A DNA stretch of 64,000 nt from Eledone cirrhosa (GCA_964016885.1 OZ024741.1:274846001-274910000); one strand, 5' to 3'; positions 28,721-41,640 are shown, counted from the first letter of the stretch. The notes: generated by a model from the sequence alone, not told the origin. Numbers and translations: made by a program.

Positions 28721-28936
28721 CTATCTCTGGGATGGACACACGCGTATAACTTGCTGAGTAAGTTCTGTTTAAATTTCTATAGAAATTCTTGTCTGATAAC
28801 TTTAATTTTTGTACCATTTTGTAGAGGGACTGCCAGGTCAAACTTTGATCTGGTCAGTCTCTCAAAATATTCTACGCCTTTAGGCGAAATAGTTAAAAAA
28901 AAGTTTTTTCTTGTTGAAAAGTCAATATTTTTTTAA

Positions 28937-30725
28937 ATGGCCGAAGCTTCTTCACCAAAATTCGAAGGAGGAAAGGGGAAGATGAACTTACAGCTTCCCC
29001 CTGCCACTGTCACAGTAGCAGAGGTCAAGAAGATAGGTCAGCCAGAGGAAGAATTCTCTCCACCTGTTAACCGACAACTTGACGTTGCCATGGCAACAAC
29101 CCAAAGAACCAGCAGCAACAGCAACAACAACAACAATGCGACGGACGAAAACAACACCAATAACAATAACAATAACAACAACAAGACCAATAACGGTGAC
29201 AACAACAACAATGATAACAACAACACCACCAACGACAACAACAACACAAACAAACAAAATTTCTCCTTCGCCGAGACGACAAGGAAAACCCTCGACTATC
29301 TGCCAGTAGATATAACAAAAGCGAAGGAGCTACTGGCGGATGCGAAAAAATATATAGTGTACGGGGAAAATGGTTCATTCACAATCCATTCCCCCCCGGA
29401 ACTAAAAAGCCAGAGACTCCTAAACACGGTCATGTTTAGGACAATCTCGAACAAAAGTAAAAAACCAGCTCAACCATCACAGAGCGAGATAGAGCTGGTT
29501 TTAAAAGACGTCATGAAGGACATCACCTTCATTCAGAAGGATAGACTCTACGGGAGTCTATCCATTCTCAATGAGGACAGGGACACAGCAGTGAAACTGT
29601 CCATCAAACCAATCACATCCACCGCATACACCTTCTACCCTACGTACATGGGTAGAAGAACACAAAAAATAAAAATCCACACCATCCTGCCGATTATGGA
29701 CATATGGTGGGTTTTGACAGGTTTTCTGGACCTGGAGGATGACATGCTGGTGTCCATGGGAAAGGCATCGGGTGACGCGTTCAGTGGAACGAGCCTCGAA
29801 CTTGTAGTTCAAATGAGGCCCGAAAGGATCGCCCAGATCCCTGAACGCGTCATACTGGATGATCTAACCTTCATCAACATTACCGTTGAGGGTAGACGGC
29901 CCTCGTGTTACCTCTGCGGAACCAGAGGTCACCTGAGGGCTGTCTGTCCCCAACTTAATAAGAAAACCCCAATCCTGCCTACACCACCAACAACTGCACA
30001 ACCAACACAATCACCACAACTACCACTACAAAAACAACCACCACAGCTCAAACCAAAACAAAACAATGTCCAACCCATCCCCTCCACTCAAAAAACAAAA
30101 ACAATTTCCAAAACACCCGTACCGCAAACACAACCCGAAAATATACCCCTCCCCTCCAACGCGGAAGATGACCCTAGTTCGTCGTCAGACGAGGAGGAGC
30201 ACTTCCACACAATCAAAAGAAAAAAAAAGAAAACACACCTCAGACACACAAATGAAAAAAAACCCTCCCCAAAACATAACACTGACACCAACACAAAAGA
30301 GCTCACAACAGCAAACAAAAAACACCACACAAAAACAAAAACATGCATACACATACATAAATACAAGAAACAAAAAACTGTTAAACAGTGTGTACAACAA
30401 CAATCTAATAAAAACACAAGGGCCTAACTTCACCCAGGCAGGGGATTTCCCCCACCTCAAAATGATTAAGGCCCCACAGGACACCTATAAAACTTTAAAA
30501 AACAATTTTAAAGAGGACGTGGGTCCCCCCTGCGTCGGGCCCATTAACCGCGTCCTCCTAAAAAACTATCCCACCCCCTCCCCAAACACCCTCACAACTC
30601 CAAGCTCCCCAACCACACAACACACTGATGCCCACACACTTCCACAAACCACCACCCCACCCAACAACCCATCCCCCACCCTAATGGAAATTGTGCAGCC
30701 CGATACCCGGGACGCAGAGAGGTAA
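28937..30725 (+). CDS. Tx1-type ORF1 nucleic-acid-binding protein (open to 30427; probably continues to 30725 across one frameshift)
   Basis: CYLCGTRGHLRAVC CCHC knuckle, poly-Asn tract, Pro/Thr/Gln-rich tail, basic KRKK motif; overlapping +1 ORF 30066-30725 ends 24 nt before ORF2. Confidence 0.8.
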
Positions 30726-30749
30726 GTGCCTTTTCTCTTCACCACCGAC

Positions 30750-33700
30750 ATGGCTATGCTAAGAGTAGGCTGTTTAAATGCGCGTGGCCTGGGCTCAACT
30801 TGGAAGCAAGCAATGCTTCTAAATGACCTCAGGTCACAACGTATAGATGTGATGGTTATTTGCGAGGCCCGGATCAGCAACGTGCGACAGCTGGCCCCCA
30901 CCTTTGATGACTTTGAGATGCACGCATCTCTCTGTCAGCCCGGAGGTGGGGGTGGAGTTGTCGTTCTGCTGCAAAAACATCTGGGTCTTGCAACACAGAT
31001 GGTACATTTGGACCCGGAGGGTCGACTAGTGGTTCTGGACCTTGGCAGTGGTAAAGGCGGAGCGTTTAGGTTGGTAGCCGCCTACGGCCCTTTCGGGTCA
31101 ATGCGGCCGGACTTCTTCCATCGTCTGGAGACTTTTCTAGGGACGTCCCGCTCCTTGCTATTAGTGGGGGACTGGAATGGTATCCTAGATGCACGCTGGG
31201 ACTACGTAGGGGCCTGCCCCGATAGAGAGGCGTGTAATAGCCTCAAAGGGTTAATCGGTCGATTTGACCTGGCCGATAGATATCGACTAGATTTTCCGAC
31301 TGCGCCAACCTGGACTTGGGCAAATCGTAGCGGATCATCTAGGTCGTACCTAGATAGGTTCTTAGTTAGAATTAAGGATAAGGACTTTTTAAGTTGTCCA
31401 AAAATGCGCATTGTTGGCTATTCAGACCACAAATTAGTGACCTGCATGGTCAACCTTGACAGAACTCATAGACAGGGCCCCGGTTACTGGAAGCTCAACT
31501 TGTCCTTGCCGGCAAGTAGAGCCTACAGGAATCGGATTAGTACGTTAGTTAAGGAACGGTTGACTGGAGCGATCGTCAACAGCAGGTGGTGGGTATCTCT
31601 AAAGAGAGAGATTAGAGTAGTCTCGATAGAATTTAGTAAGGTTCTAGCTGCGGATAGGAATAGGAAGGAAAGGGAGCTAATAGATAGAGTAGAAGAGGCA
31701 ATTAGAAGCGGCGACGTGGCCAGAGTGCTAGCGTCGAGAACGGCTTTGAGCCAGTTTTTCGACGCGAAGCACGAAGGCTGCGTTGTCCGAAGTAAAATAC
31801 GTGCTCTAGGGAACGAGGGGACCAAAGCTGTTAGCTGGGCCCGCGTGACAGAGGCCAACAGTGGAACTAAATCCACCATCCGGTCTTTGCAAGACCTGGA
31901 TGGACGGGCGATTCTTGAGCCTAAGCAGATGTGTGAGGCCTTTCAAAGGCACTTTGCCCGACTGTTCGGGAGGGGCGGGGAGCCGGTTGGGAACGTGGAC
32001 TTCGGTCCATACCTCGACGGCCTGCCGCGCCTCTCGGACAGGGAGGCGAAGTCCTGCGAGGAGCCGATTTCGGCCGCTGAGATAGAGGACGTGCTGAGCC
32101 AATGCGGCAAACGCAAATCCCCGGGTCTCGATGGTCTTCCTTACGAATTATATCTAGCTATGCCGGACTTGTTCCCCGATCTCCTCGAGGCGGTCTACTG
32201 CAACTGGCAACAGAACGGGAGAATTCCCTGTACTGTGACCAAGGGCGTAGTCACGCTAGTGAGGAAGGACGAGAACAAGGGGGACGAAATAAGTAACTTC
32301 AGGCCCATAACACTGCTAAATACAGAGTTACAGATTTTGGCCAAGGTGCTAGCAAAGAGGTTGGCGCTTGTCGTGGGCAACCTGGTGGGAGATGCGCAGA
32401 CATGCGCTATCCCGTCCAGGTCCATCCATGACAACCTCCACCTCATGCGATACATCATAGAGAGGGTTGGGAACGAACCCGGCTTTGGTGGGGCTCTGAT
32501 CAACTTGGATCAATCTAAGGCGTTCGATAGGGTCGACCATGGTTACCTGGATGCGGTGCTAGCGGCGGCAGGCTTCGGACCCGTTTTCAGGGGCTGGATC
32601 ACTGCTATGCACAGCAGCCGCATCTGCTCTAGGGTCAAGGTGAACGGCTACCTCTCGGAGCCGTTCAAAATCGCGCGGTCCATCCGACAAGGGTGCCCTC
32701 TCTCCTCCCTTCTGTATGTGTTGACTCTCGAGCCACTACTGCGGAAGTTGGAGTTGTTGCAGGGCATCCCTTTGGAACCGGGATTGCGGAAAGCGGTGTC
32801 GGCCTACGCCGATGACGTGACAGTAATGGTGTCGACGGCCTCCGAAATCGAGGCGGTCGGCACCTTACTGGAGGAGTACGAAAAGTTCACAGGGGCTAAG
32901 CTGAACCGGGACAAGTCGATCGGTTTGCAACTCGGCACGTGGAGGGGCAGACCGATGCCCTCCGATAGCGTCGTCGGACGCTGTACGGAGGGCCCGGTGA
33001 AGTTGCTCGGGGTCTGGTTCGGACCGGACCTCCAGGTGGAGAAAAACTGGGCGGAGGTTACGAACAGGGTGTTTGCACTGACCCAGAAGTGGGCCAGTTG
33101 CAAACTATCCCTGAAAGGTCGGGCGGAGGTGGCGAACACCTACATAGCGTCCGTCATCTACTACCGCCTGACCGTAGTGCCCTGCCCAAGGGAAACCCTC
33201 ACCAAGATGGAGCGCGCGCTCTTCCAATTCCTTTGGAAGAGGCGGGCTCCTATGGTGAGGAGATCCATCTGCTGTCAACACCCTTCGAAAGGAGGGCTGG
33301 GGATGCCGTGGCTAATGATGCGTAAACACGCATTAAGGCTACGGCACCTCTACGTATTCCTCACCGGACAACCGGTGTGGGCCTCGTTTGTGAGACGAAC
33401 CTTTCCCAGACTCGTCTCACTCACCGAGCTGCAATCCTGGGTCAAGCAAAGACCGAGAAAACTGGGCGCCTGGCACACTGAGTGTGCCCAGGCGCTCACC
33501 GCCCTCTGGCAGGCGGATCCGGTTATCAGTGGAGACTCCACCGCAACATTCTATAGAGGGCTGGTGCGCAGCAGGTGCGACGACGCCCTCGGAGAAGCCC
33601 TAGACATGGAGGAGGACGAACTGGCCAGCCTGTTCGGTAGGACATTCAGCCCGGGACCTATGGACAACTTCCAGAAGTCCCTGGCCTGGCAGTGCTACCG

Positions 33701-34187
33701 AGGGGCTTTACCCGTTCGAGAAAGGCTCTACAGACACGGGCGCCCGGGTAGGGACCCCGCCAAAAAGATCTGTCCCAGATGCGTGTGCGACGAGGAAACC
33801 GTTGCACACGCATTAGTACACTGCTCGGGCGTAGCCGATCTGTGGGGCTATGTCGAACAACTGCTGTCAAGGGTGGGACCGATCCGGTTGACCACCGAGT
33901 CTATTGTAATGATCAAGCCGCCTCCCCCCTTCAAAGATGAAGCAGAGGCGGTGTTTCTGTGCGTAATAGCCATGGCGAAAGAGGTTGTATGGTGGACGCG
34001 TCTGAAAGGACTGAGGTCGGGCACCTTTCTCTCTGGCCAACAACTGGTCCGTTTCTTCCGATATCATTTCGGAAGAAGGATCAGGATGGAGAGAGAGGTG
34101 CTGCACCCCAGCCGTTTCTATGAAAGATGGGTGAAAGTGGCGAGAATGGCCCGTGTGAATGGGCCTTCACTCTACATCAGACTATAG
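30750..34187 (+). CDS. ORF2: APE endonuclease, reverse transcriptase, C-terminal zinc finger (1145 aa)
   Basis: LNARGL, GDWN, LDRF, SDH (APE); PGLDG, RPITLLN, DQSKAFDRV, RQGCPLS, YADD (RT); CPRC...HALVHC; uninterrupted. Confidence 0.97.
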   Translation: MAMLRVGCLNARGLGSTWKQAMLLNDLRSQRIDVMVICEARISNVRQLAPTFDDFEMHASLCQPGGGGGVVVLLQKHLGLATQMVHLDPEGRLVVLDLGSGKGGAFRLVAAYGPFGSMRPDFFHRLETFLGTSRSLLLVGDWNGILDARWDYVGACPDREACNSLKGLIGRFDLADRYRLDFPTAPTWTWANRSGSSRSYLDRFLVRIKDKDFLSCPKMRIVGYSDHKLVTCMVNLDRTHRQGPGYWKLNLSLPASRAYRNRISTLVKERLTGAIVNSRWWVSLKREIRVVSIEFSKVLAADRNRKERELIDRVEEAIRSGDVARVLASRTALSQFFDAKHEGCVVRSKIRALGNEGTKAVSWARVTEANSGTKSTIRSLQDLDGRAILEPKQMCEAFQRHFARLFGRGGEPVGNVDFGPYLDGLPRLSDREAKSCEEPISAAEIEDVLSQCGKRKSPGLDGLPYELYLAMPDLFPDLLEAVYCNWQQNGRIPCTVTKGVVTLVRKDENKGDEISNFRPITLLNTELQILAKVLAKRLALVVGNLVGDAQTCAIPSRSIHDNLHLMRYIIERVGNEPGFGGALINLDQSKAFDRVDHGYLDAVLAAAGFGPVFRGWITAMHSSRICSRVKVNGYLSEPFKIARSIRQGCPLSSLLYVLTLEPLLRKLELLQGIPLEPGLRKAVSAYADDVTVMVSTASEIEAVGTLLEEYEKFTGAKLNRDKSIGLQLGTWRGRPMPSDSVVGRCTEGPVKLLGVWFGPDLQVEKNWAEVTNRVFALTQKWASCKLSLKGRAEVANTYIASVIYYRLTVVPCPRETLTKMERALFQFLWKRRAPMVRRSICCQHPSKGGLGMPWLMMRKHALRLRHLYVFLTGQPVWASFVRRTFPRLVSLTELQSWVKQRPRKLGAWHTECAQALTALWQADPVISGDSTATFYRGLVRSRCDDALGEALDMEEDELASLFGRTFSPGPMDNFQKSLAWQCYRGALPVRERLYRHGRPGRDPAKKICPRCVCDEETVAHALVHCSGVADLWGYVEQLLSRVGPIRLTTESIVMIKPPPPFKDEAEAVFLCVIAMAKEVVWWTRLKGLRSGTFLSGQQLVRFFRYHFGRRIRMEREVLHPSRFYERWVKVARMARVNGPSLYIRL

Positions 34188-34451
34188 GTGAGGAAGATGA
34201 AAGACCAAGGGAGCACCCCTTCTCTGTGCTCCTGAGGAGAAGGGTTGCACACTTTTTTCGGGGGTGTGTGCGACCCCCCAAGGCGCCTCCTCTCTATTGA
34301 GGATTTTGTTAAAAATTTTATTTTTTGTTATATCTTATTTTATTTTTATATTTTGTTATTGCCTCCTCCTTATTAAGGACGCCTTTTTGTGTAAACTCCC
34401 CCCTTTGTACTTGTCCCACTTTTGATGCCCTAGTGGCAAATAAAAGAAATA

Positions 34452-36220
34452 TATCTATTTAGTAAACGACACAAGACCCTGACTACACACTTAACAACTA
34501 CACAGTCTATCTATTTAGTAAACGACACAAGACCCTGACTACACACTTAACAACTACACAGAGTCTATCTATTTAATAAACGACACAAGACTCTGACTAC
34601 ACACTTAACAACTACACATTGTCTATCTATTTAGTAAACGACATAAGACCCTGACTACACACTTAACAACTACACACAGTCTATCTATTTAGTAAACGAC
34701 ATAAGACCCTGACTACATACTTAACTACTACACACTGTCTATCTATTTAATAAACGACACAAGACCCTGACTACACACTTAACTACACAGTCTATCTATT
34801 TAATAAACGACACAAGACCCTGACTACACACTTAACAACTACACACTGTCTATCTATTTAGTAAACGACACAAGACCCTGACTACACACTTAACAACTAC
34901 ACAGTCTATCTATTTAGTAAACGACATAAGACCCTGACTACACACTTAACAACTACACACAGTCTATCTATTTAGTAAACGACATAAGACCCTGACTACA
35001 TACTTAACTACTACACACTGTCTATCTATTTAGTAAACGACATAAGACCCTGACTACACACTTAACAACTACACACTGTCTATCTATTTAGTAAACGACA
35101 CAAGACCCTGACTACACACTTAACTACACAGTCTATCTATTTAATAAACGACATAAGACCCTGACTACATACTTAACAACTACACACTGTCTATCTATTT
35201 AGTAAACGACACAAGACCCTGACTACATACTTAACAACTACGCACTGTCTATCTATTTAGTAAACGACACAAGACCCTGACTACACACTTAACAACTACA
35301 CACTGTCTATCTATTTAGTAAACGACATAAGACCCTGACTACACACTTAACAACTACACATTGTCTATCTATTTAGTAAACGACATAAGACCTGACTACA
35401 CACTTAACAACTACACACTGTCTATCTATTTAGTAAACGACACAAGACCCTGACTACACACTTAACAACTACACACTGTCTATCTATTTAGTAAACGACA
35501 TAAGACCCTGACTACATACTTAACTACTACACACTGTCTATCTATTTAGTAAACGACACAAGACCCTGACTACACACTTAACAACTACACACTGTCTATC
35601 TATTTAGTAAACGACATAAGACCCTGACTACACACTTAACTACACACTGTCTATCTATTTAGTAAACGACACAAGACCCTGACTACACACTTAACAACTA
35701 CACACTGTCTATCTATTTAGTAAACGACATAAGACCCTGACTACACACTTAACTACACACTGTCTATCTATTTAGTAAACGACATAAGACCCTGACTACA
35801 CACTTAACAACTACACACTGTCTATCTATTTAGTAAACGACACAAGACCCTGACTACACACTTAACTACACACTGTCTATCTATTTAGTAAACGACACAA
35901 GACCCTGACTACACACTTAACTACACAGTCTATCTATTTAGTAAACGACATAAGACCCTGACTACATACTTAACAACTACACACTGTCTATCTATTTAGT
36001 AAACGACATAAGACCCTGACTACACACTTAACAACTACACACTGTCTATCTATTTAGTAAACGACGTAAGACCCTGACTACATACTTAACTACTACACAC
36101 TGTCTATCTATTTAGTAAACGACACAAGACCCTGACTACACACTTAACTACACAGTCTATCTATTTAGTAAACGACATAAAACCCTGACTACATACTTAA
36201 CAACTACACACTGTGTCTAT
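34452..36220. repeat. 53-58 bp satellite array, right part
   Basis: Same unit, roughly 30 copies, resumes in register after the TSD; decays over 36220-36520. Confidence 0.97.
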
Positions 36221-36540
36221 TTATTATATTTAGCAAACGACACAAGATCGTGTCTGAACACATAACAGCTACACACAATATCTATCTATTCAATAAACGA
36301 CACCAGATCGCGATCGTGACTACACACTCCACATCTGTGTCTATTTATTCAGTAATTGACAGAGACGGTGTCTACATTCTCGAAAGCTATACACTGTGTC
36401 TATAGATTCATTGATTAACAACAAACTGTTCGCATAATTAAAAGCTACACACTGTGTCTATTTGTTCAATAAACGACGCAAGACCATGTCTACACACTAA
36501 ATAACGACACGCTCTATCTTTATAGTAAAAGACAGAAGAA

Positions 36541-36690
36541 GGCAGCGAACTGCAGAGACGTTAGAATGCTTTGCGGTATTTGTTCCGGCTATCAGCTCTC
36601 TGAGTTCAAATCCCGTTGAAGACAACTTTTCATCTCATACATTCGAGGTTGATAAAAAAAAAAAGTTACCGTCTAGTACTGGGGGTCGAT
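36541..36690 (+). mobile_element. diverged SINE, older subfamily
   Basis: CTGAGTTCAAATCCCG...GTTGATAAA...GTACTGGGGGTCGAT. Confidence 0.6.
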
Positions 36691-37034
36691 TCTTCCTCTA
36701 TGTCTCTTTCTAACTTTCTCTCTCTCTCTCATTCTTTCTATCGTTCTCTGGAAGAAAAGAGATCTGCTCTATTTTGACTTGGAGAGGATCGGGCTCCGTC
36801 GGGCTTAAATGCCCAAGAAACGCCGTCTCCACTTCGGCGCCCCTCCGACTCCCTCTGGAGTTACGGGATAAGAAAAGAAAAGAAACGACACAAAACCGTG
36901 TCTACATTCTCGAGACAGCTATCACTATATTAGTGGATTGTTATTCTTACTATATAATAATCTGGGGAGAAGAGTCTCTGTAACAGTAGGCAGGTCTTTA
37001 AGGTTTATTTAACCCTTTCATTACCATATTATCG

Positions 37035-37218
37035 TGGATTGACAGTATTAGTAGAGGTTCGGGCGCCATGCTTTGACTATAGAGTTACGGCCCTTGCCAT
37101 TCTGAGTTAAAATCCCGGTGAGGTTAACTTTTCCTTTCATCCTTACGGGGTCGATAAAATAAAGTACCAGCAATTCACTGTGTAATTGTTGGCCTTGTGC
37201 CAAAAGTAAAAACAATTA
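37035..37218 (+). mobile_element. tRNA-derived SINE
   Basis: Matches the 6260 family. Confidence 0.85.
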
Positions 37219-37374
37219 TCGTAAACAAATCGATTTCAAATAACAACAAAACTACATATATTTAAAAACGGAAAATGAAGGAAAAAGCAAGGACTCTAGA
37301 GTGACAGAAGGATAGGAGAGGAAGAGGATGGATGATCGGCTCTGGGCCTAGGGCGCGGCGATGTCGGGTCTGCG

Positions 37375-37591
37375 CGGACAATGGCCAGTGACACCCGCTA
37401 AACAGCCACACCACTTCGCGGGGCTCCTTCCTCAGATGGGCCGCTGACATTCCGATCTTGCGGAGGAGCTCAACAGTACAGGGTCCAAGTACACCTGAGG
37501 TCTCGACAGCGAATGGTGCGAAGAGGAAGCGGCAGAACAACCCCTGGTATTTGTTGGTCTTCCTTTCCTCTGCATTGCGGGCCGCAGTATT
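37375..37591 (-). pseudogene. CRE-clade restriction-like endonuclease 3' fragment
   Basis: AARNAEERKTNKYQGLFCRFLFAPFAVETSGVLGP...EPREVVWLF then frameshifted RVSLAIVR. Confidence 0.75.
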
Positions 37592-38055
37592 AACTTGGAG
37601 GCGGAGAACTTTCTAATAAAAAAGACCCACTGCCTATGATTTTCAACTGATCAAGAATTTGAAAAGATATTTCTATGGTGTTTGGAGCATAGCTTAACAC
37701 AGGTTCTTAAACCTTATTGATTGCTGAAGCGCTGTAAATGATTGAAATTTGATAACGTGAGATTTCCAGACGCAGAAAATAATTGTAATAACAGTTGATG
37801 GCTATAGACAATAGCTGGGAAAATAGAATAAATAACCATTAGAGATGAGAAAAAAGTGGACAGCGCTTAGATAATTCATAAGGTTTATTTCTAGCCAGCT
37901 ACGTGCTAGCCTCAAACTGTACACCATAACATCGTTAAAAAATACGAGAAGTGTCAGTCACCCCTTAGCGTAATGGTAACGCACTCGCGTGGTTTTCGGG
38001 AGATGCGGGGTTTGGTTCCCAATTTTCTCAACTATTATTTATAATGATCGACTAT

Positions 38056-38243
38056 TGGTGAATTGGCAGTGTCAGTAGAGGGTTGGACGCCATGCTTTCT
38101 AGCATAGTTACGTCCCTTTAGAGTCTGAGTTCAAATCCCGCCGAGGTTAACTTTGCCTTTCATCCTTACGGGGTCGATAAAATAAAGTACCAGTAATGTA
38201 CTGGGTATTTGCTGGCCTTGTGCCTAAAGTAGAAACAATTATT
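38056..38243 (+). mobile_element. tRNA-derived SINE
   Basis: Matches the 6260 family. Confidence 0.85.
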
Positions 38244-38802
38244 ATAATCATTTTCTGGTTTTGGTACTCTCACATTTTCACAGGTTCTTGCATAAAATTA
38301 TGATGAAAGATTTTTAGATAAATATAAATAGTTTGATACAGACAGTTTTGTATCATAGAACAAGGGACGGTTTCAAAGGGGCTAAGTAACGGGGTTAGTT
38401 AAAAAAAATTAAGGATCCCTAGTGCACGAAGGTTGACTGAAAAGTTCATAGCCTGACCAAGATATATGTATGCATATGCATGTAAGTATTTATGTATGTT
38501 TGTACGTATGTATGTAGGTATGAAGGTATATATGTTATGTATGTATGAATATGTCTGTATGTATATATATATTTATGTATGCATGTATGTACGTATATAT
38601 ATACATGTATGTGTATATATATATATATATGTATGTATATATATACATGTATGTATGTATATATATATGTATGTATATATGTATTTATGTATATATATAT
38701 ATGTATGTATATATGCATGTATGTATGTTTGTACGTAAGTATGTAGGTATGAAGGTATGTATGTTATGTATAAATATATGTCTGTATGTATATTTATGTA
38801 TG

Positions 38803-38847
<45 letters not shown>

Positions 38848-39100
38848 ATATATCTATGTATGTATATATGCATGTATGTGTGTATGTATGTTTGTATATA
38901 TGTATATATGTTCTTCTGGTTTCAAAATTTTATAAATGTTTACCAATAGAGAGTCGTTTTCTAACATAGACACAAGCCTCTCTCATTGGAATTTAGACAA
39001 AATTAACTAGGAAAATATGCATGTATGTCTGTATACGTGCGTGTATGCGTGTGTGAGTGTGTGTGTATATGTGTGTGTGTGTGAGTGTGTGTGTGCGTGC

Positions 39101-39140
<40 letters not shown>

Positions 39141-39254
39141 AGGTAAAGATGCTATTGTATGTGTGAATGTAGATGTTTTTAGTTATATATGTGCATATTA
39201 TTTATTATATATAAATTAACGATTTTATTTATTATATATTATTTACCAATTTTT

Positions 39255-39462
39255 TGGCAGAATCGGTAGAGCGTTGGACACCATGCTTTGCAGCATAGAG
39301 TTATGGCCCTTTATGATCTGAGTTCAAATCCTGCCGAGGTAAACTTTGCCTTTCATCCTTACGGGGTCGATAAAATAAAGTACCAGTCACGCACTGGGGT
39401 CGATTTAATCGACTTTCCCCTCCCCCCAAATTGCTGGCCTTGTGCCTATGCAGGAAACCATT
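39255..39462 (+). mobile_element. tRNA-derived SINE, long-3'-segment subfamily
   Basis: Same 3' segment as 10861-11078. Confidence 0.85.
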
Positions 39463-39589
39463 ATTTACAATTTGTGTGTCGGCAGGTCTCTCTGGGAATA
39501 GGGGTCAGGGCGCTGTGGGTATGACGTGGCCGTGAGGGGGGCGGTGGCCCCAAACATTTGAGAACCTCTGGTCTACACACACAATCTCT

Positions 39590-39723
39590 CTATATAGTCA
39601 ACAGCTATACACACTTTATATATATACAGTCAACATCTATATACATTGTCTCTCGAGATATATAGTCTCTCTATATACACTGTCTCTCTATATATACACT
39701 CTCTATATACAGTCGACAGCTAT

Positions 39724-39754
<31 letters not shown>

Positions 39755-41640
39755 GTCAACATCTATATACAGTCTCCCTAAATACATTGGCTCTCTATAT
39801 AGTCAAAAGCTATACACTCTATATATATATATATATACAGTCAACATATATATATACTGTCTCTCTATATAGTCAACAGCTATACACTCTCTCTCTCTAT
39901 ATATATACAGTCAACATCTATATACACTGTCTCTCTATATAGTCAACAGCTATACACTCTCTCTCTCTATATATATATAGTCAACAGCTATACACACTAT
40001 ATATATATATATATATATATACAAGTAAAAATTAGCGAGAATCGAATTTCAGCCTATGAAATAACGAAAAAACACTTTAGAATTGTGAGGCAAGCGCTCA
40101 ATAATTCAAAAGAATTAGAGCTTACAACTTACGTTAAAGGAAAACACGCTGAGATGGTGGTTAAACTAATTATCCACACAGCGAAGATTCGATCTCCTAT
40201 TTCGGGTCAAACAGATATACAGATATAAAAATATATGAAAGCATAAATGTTTTATACTCACCGGACCCCTGGAATGATGGTAAAGTCCAGTGTTGGGGTT
40301 TCTGCGGCTCCATAAGTCATTTACTGTCCACTTACATAAAGGATGTTAAGTTTCTCGTATCCTGACTGAACTAGGAGTGCGTGTTATCAACGGGATTCAG
40401 TTCTAAAGACCACATAGATGTGTCTGTAACTGACCCCACGTGGCGTTCAGCAAGGGAGGCAACACCTAAATTAGGCGAATGAATTCATCTGTGTATAATA
40501 TTGCGAAAATGCAAAATATCACAAATCGAATATACAGTCAACATCTACATACACTGTCTCTCTATACACACTGTCTCTCTATACACACTGTCTCTCTATA
40601 TACAGTCGACAGCTATACACTATATATATATATATATATATACAGTCAGCATCTACATACACTGTCTCTCTATATGCAGTCGACAGCTATACACTCTATA
40701 TATATATACAGTCAACATCTATATATACTGTCTCTATATATACACAGTCGACATCTATATACACTCTCTATATATATGCAGTCGACATCTATATACACTC
40801 TATATATATACAGTCAACATCTATATACTGTCTCTCTATATATACAGTCAACATCTATATACTGTATCTATATATATGCAGTCGACAGCTATACACTCTC
40901 TCTATATACAGTCAACAACTATCTAACACTCTCTCTATATACAGTCGACAGCTATACACTCTCTCTATATACAGTCAACAACTATCTAACACTCTCTCTA
41001 TATACAGTCGACAGCTATACACTCTCTCTATAAACAGTCAACATCTATATACACTGTCTCTATATACAGTCGACATCTATATACACTCTCTATATATATA
41101 CAGTCGACATCTATACACACTCTATATATACACAGTCAACATCTATATATACTGTCTCTATATATACACAATCGACATCTATATACACTCTCTATATATA
41201 CAGTCAACATCTATATACTGTATCTATATATATACAGTCGACAGCTATACACTCTCTCTATATACAGTCAACAACTATCTAACACTCTCTCTATATACAG
41301 TCGACAGCTATACACTCTCTCTATAAACAGTCAACATCTATATATACTGTCTCTATATATACACAATCGACATCTATATACACTCTCTATATATACAGTC
41401 TACATCTATATACACTGTCTCGATATACAGTCAACATCTATATATACTGTCCCTATATATATACAGTCGACATCTATATACACTCTCTATATATACAGCC
41501 AACATCTACATACATTGTCTCTCTATATACACTGTCTCTCTATATACAGTCGACAGCTATACACTATCTCTATAAACAGTCAACATCTACATACATTGTC
41601 TCTCTATATACAGTCAAGAGCTATACACTCTCTATATATA
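39590..41640. repeat. about 30-bp minisatellite, interrupted by unique sequence at 40021-40530
   Basis: Unit TATACAGTC(A/G)ACA(T/G)CTATATACACT(G)TCTC. Confidence 0.9.

Larger units (their letters stand above)
28721..34451 (+). mobile_element. full-length L1/Tx1-clade non-LTR retrotransposon
   Basis: 5'UTR, ORF1, ORF2, 3'UTR ending AATAAAAGAAATA; interrupts one satellite unit with TSD TATCTAT (28714-28720, 34452-34458). Confidence 0.95.

Noticed and set aside
30750-34187. Horizontal transfer or contamination suggested by the high GC of ORF2
   Set aside because: Clean TSD-bounded integration, a diverged relative in the same window, and GC-rich ORF2s are not unusual for this clade; composition alone is insufficient
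26720-36220. CRISPR-like array flanking a nuclease/RT locus
   Set aside because: Units are contiguous near-identical repeats with no unique spacers; the ORFs are a LINE that split one unit with a TSD; no cas-like genes; eukaryotic context
37962-38020. tRNA gene
   Set aside because: A/B-box-like motifs only; B box degenerate and no complete cloverleaf, so more likely a SINE head. The same applies to 18650-18709
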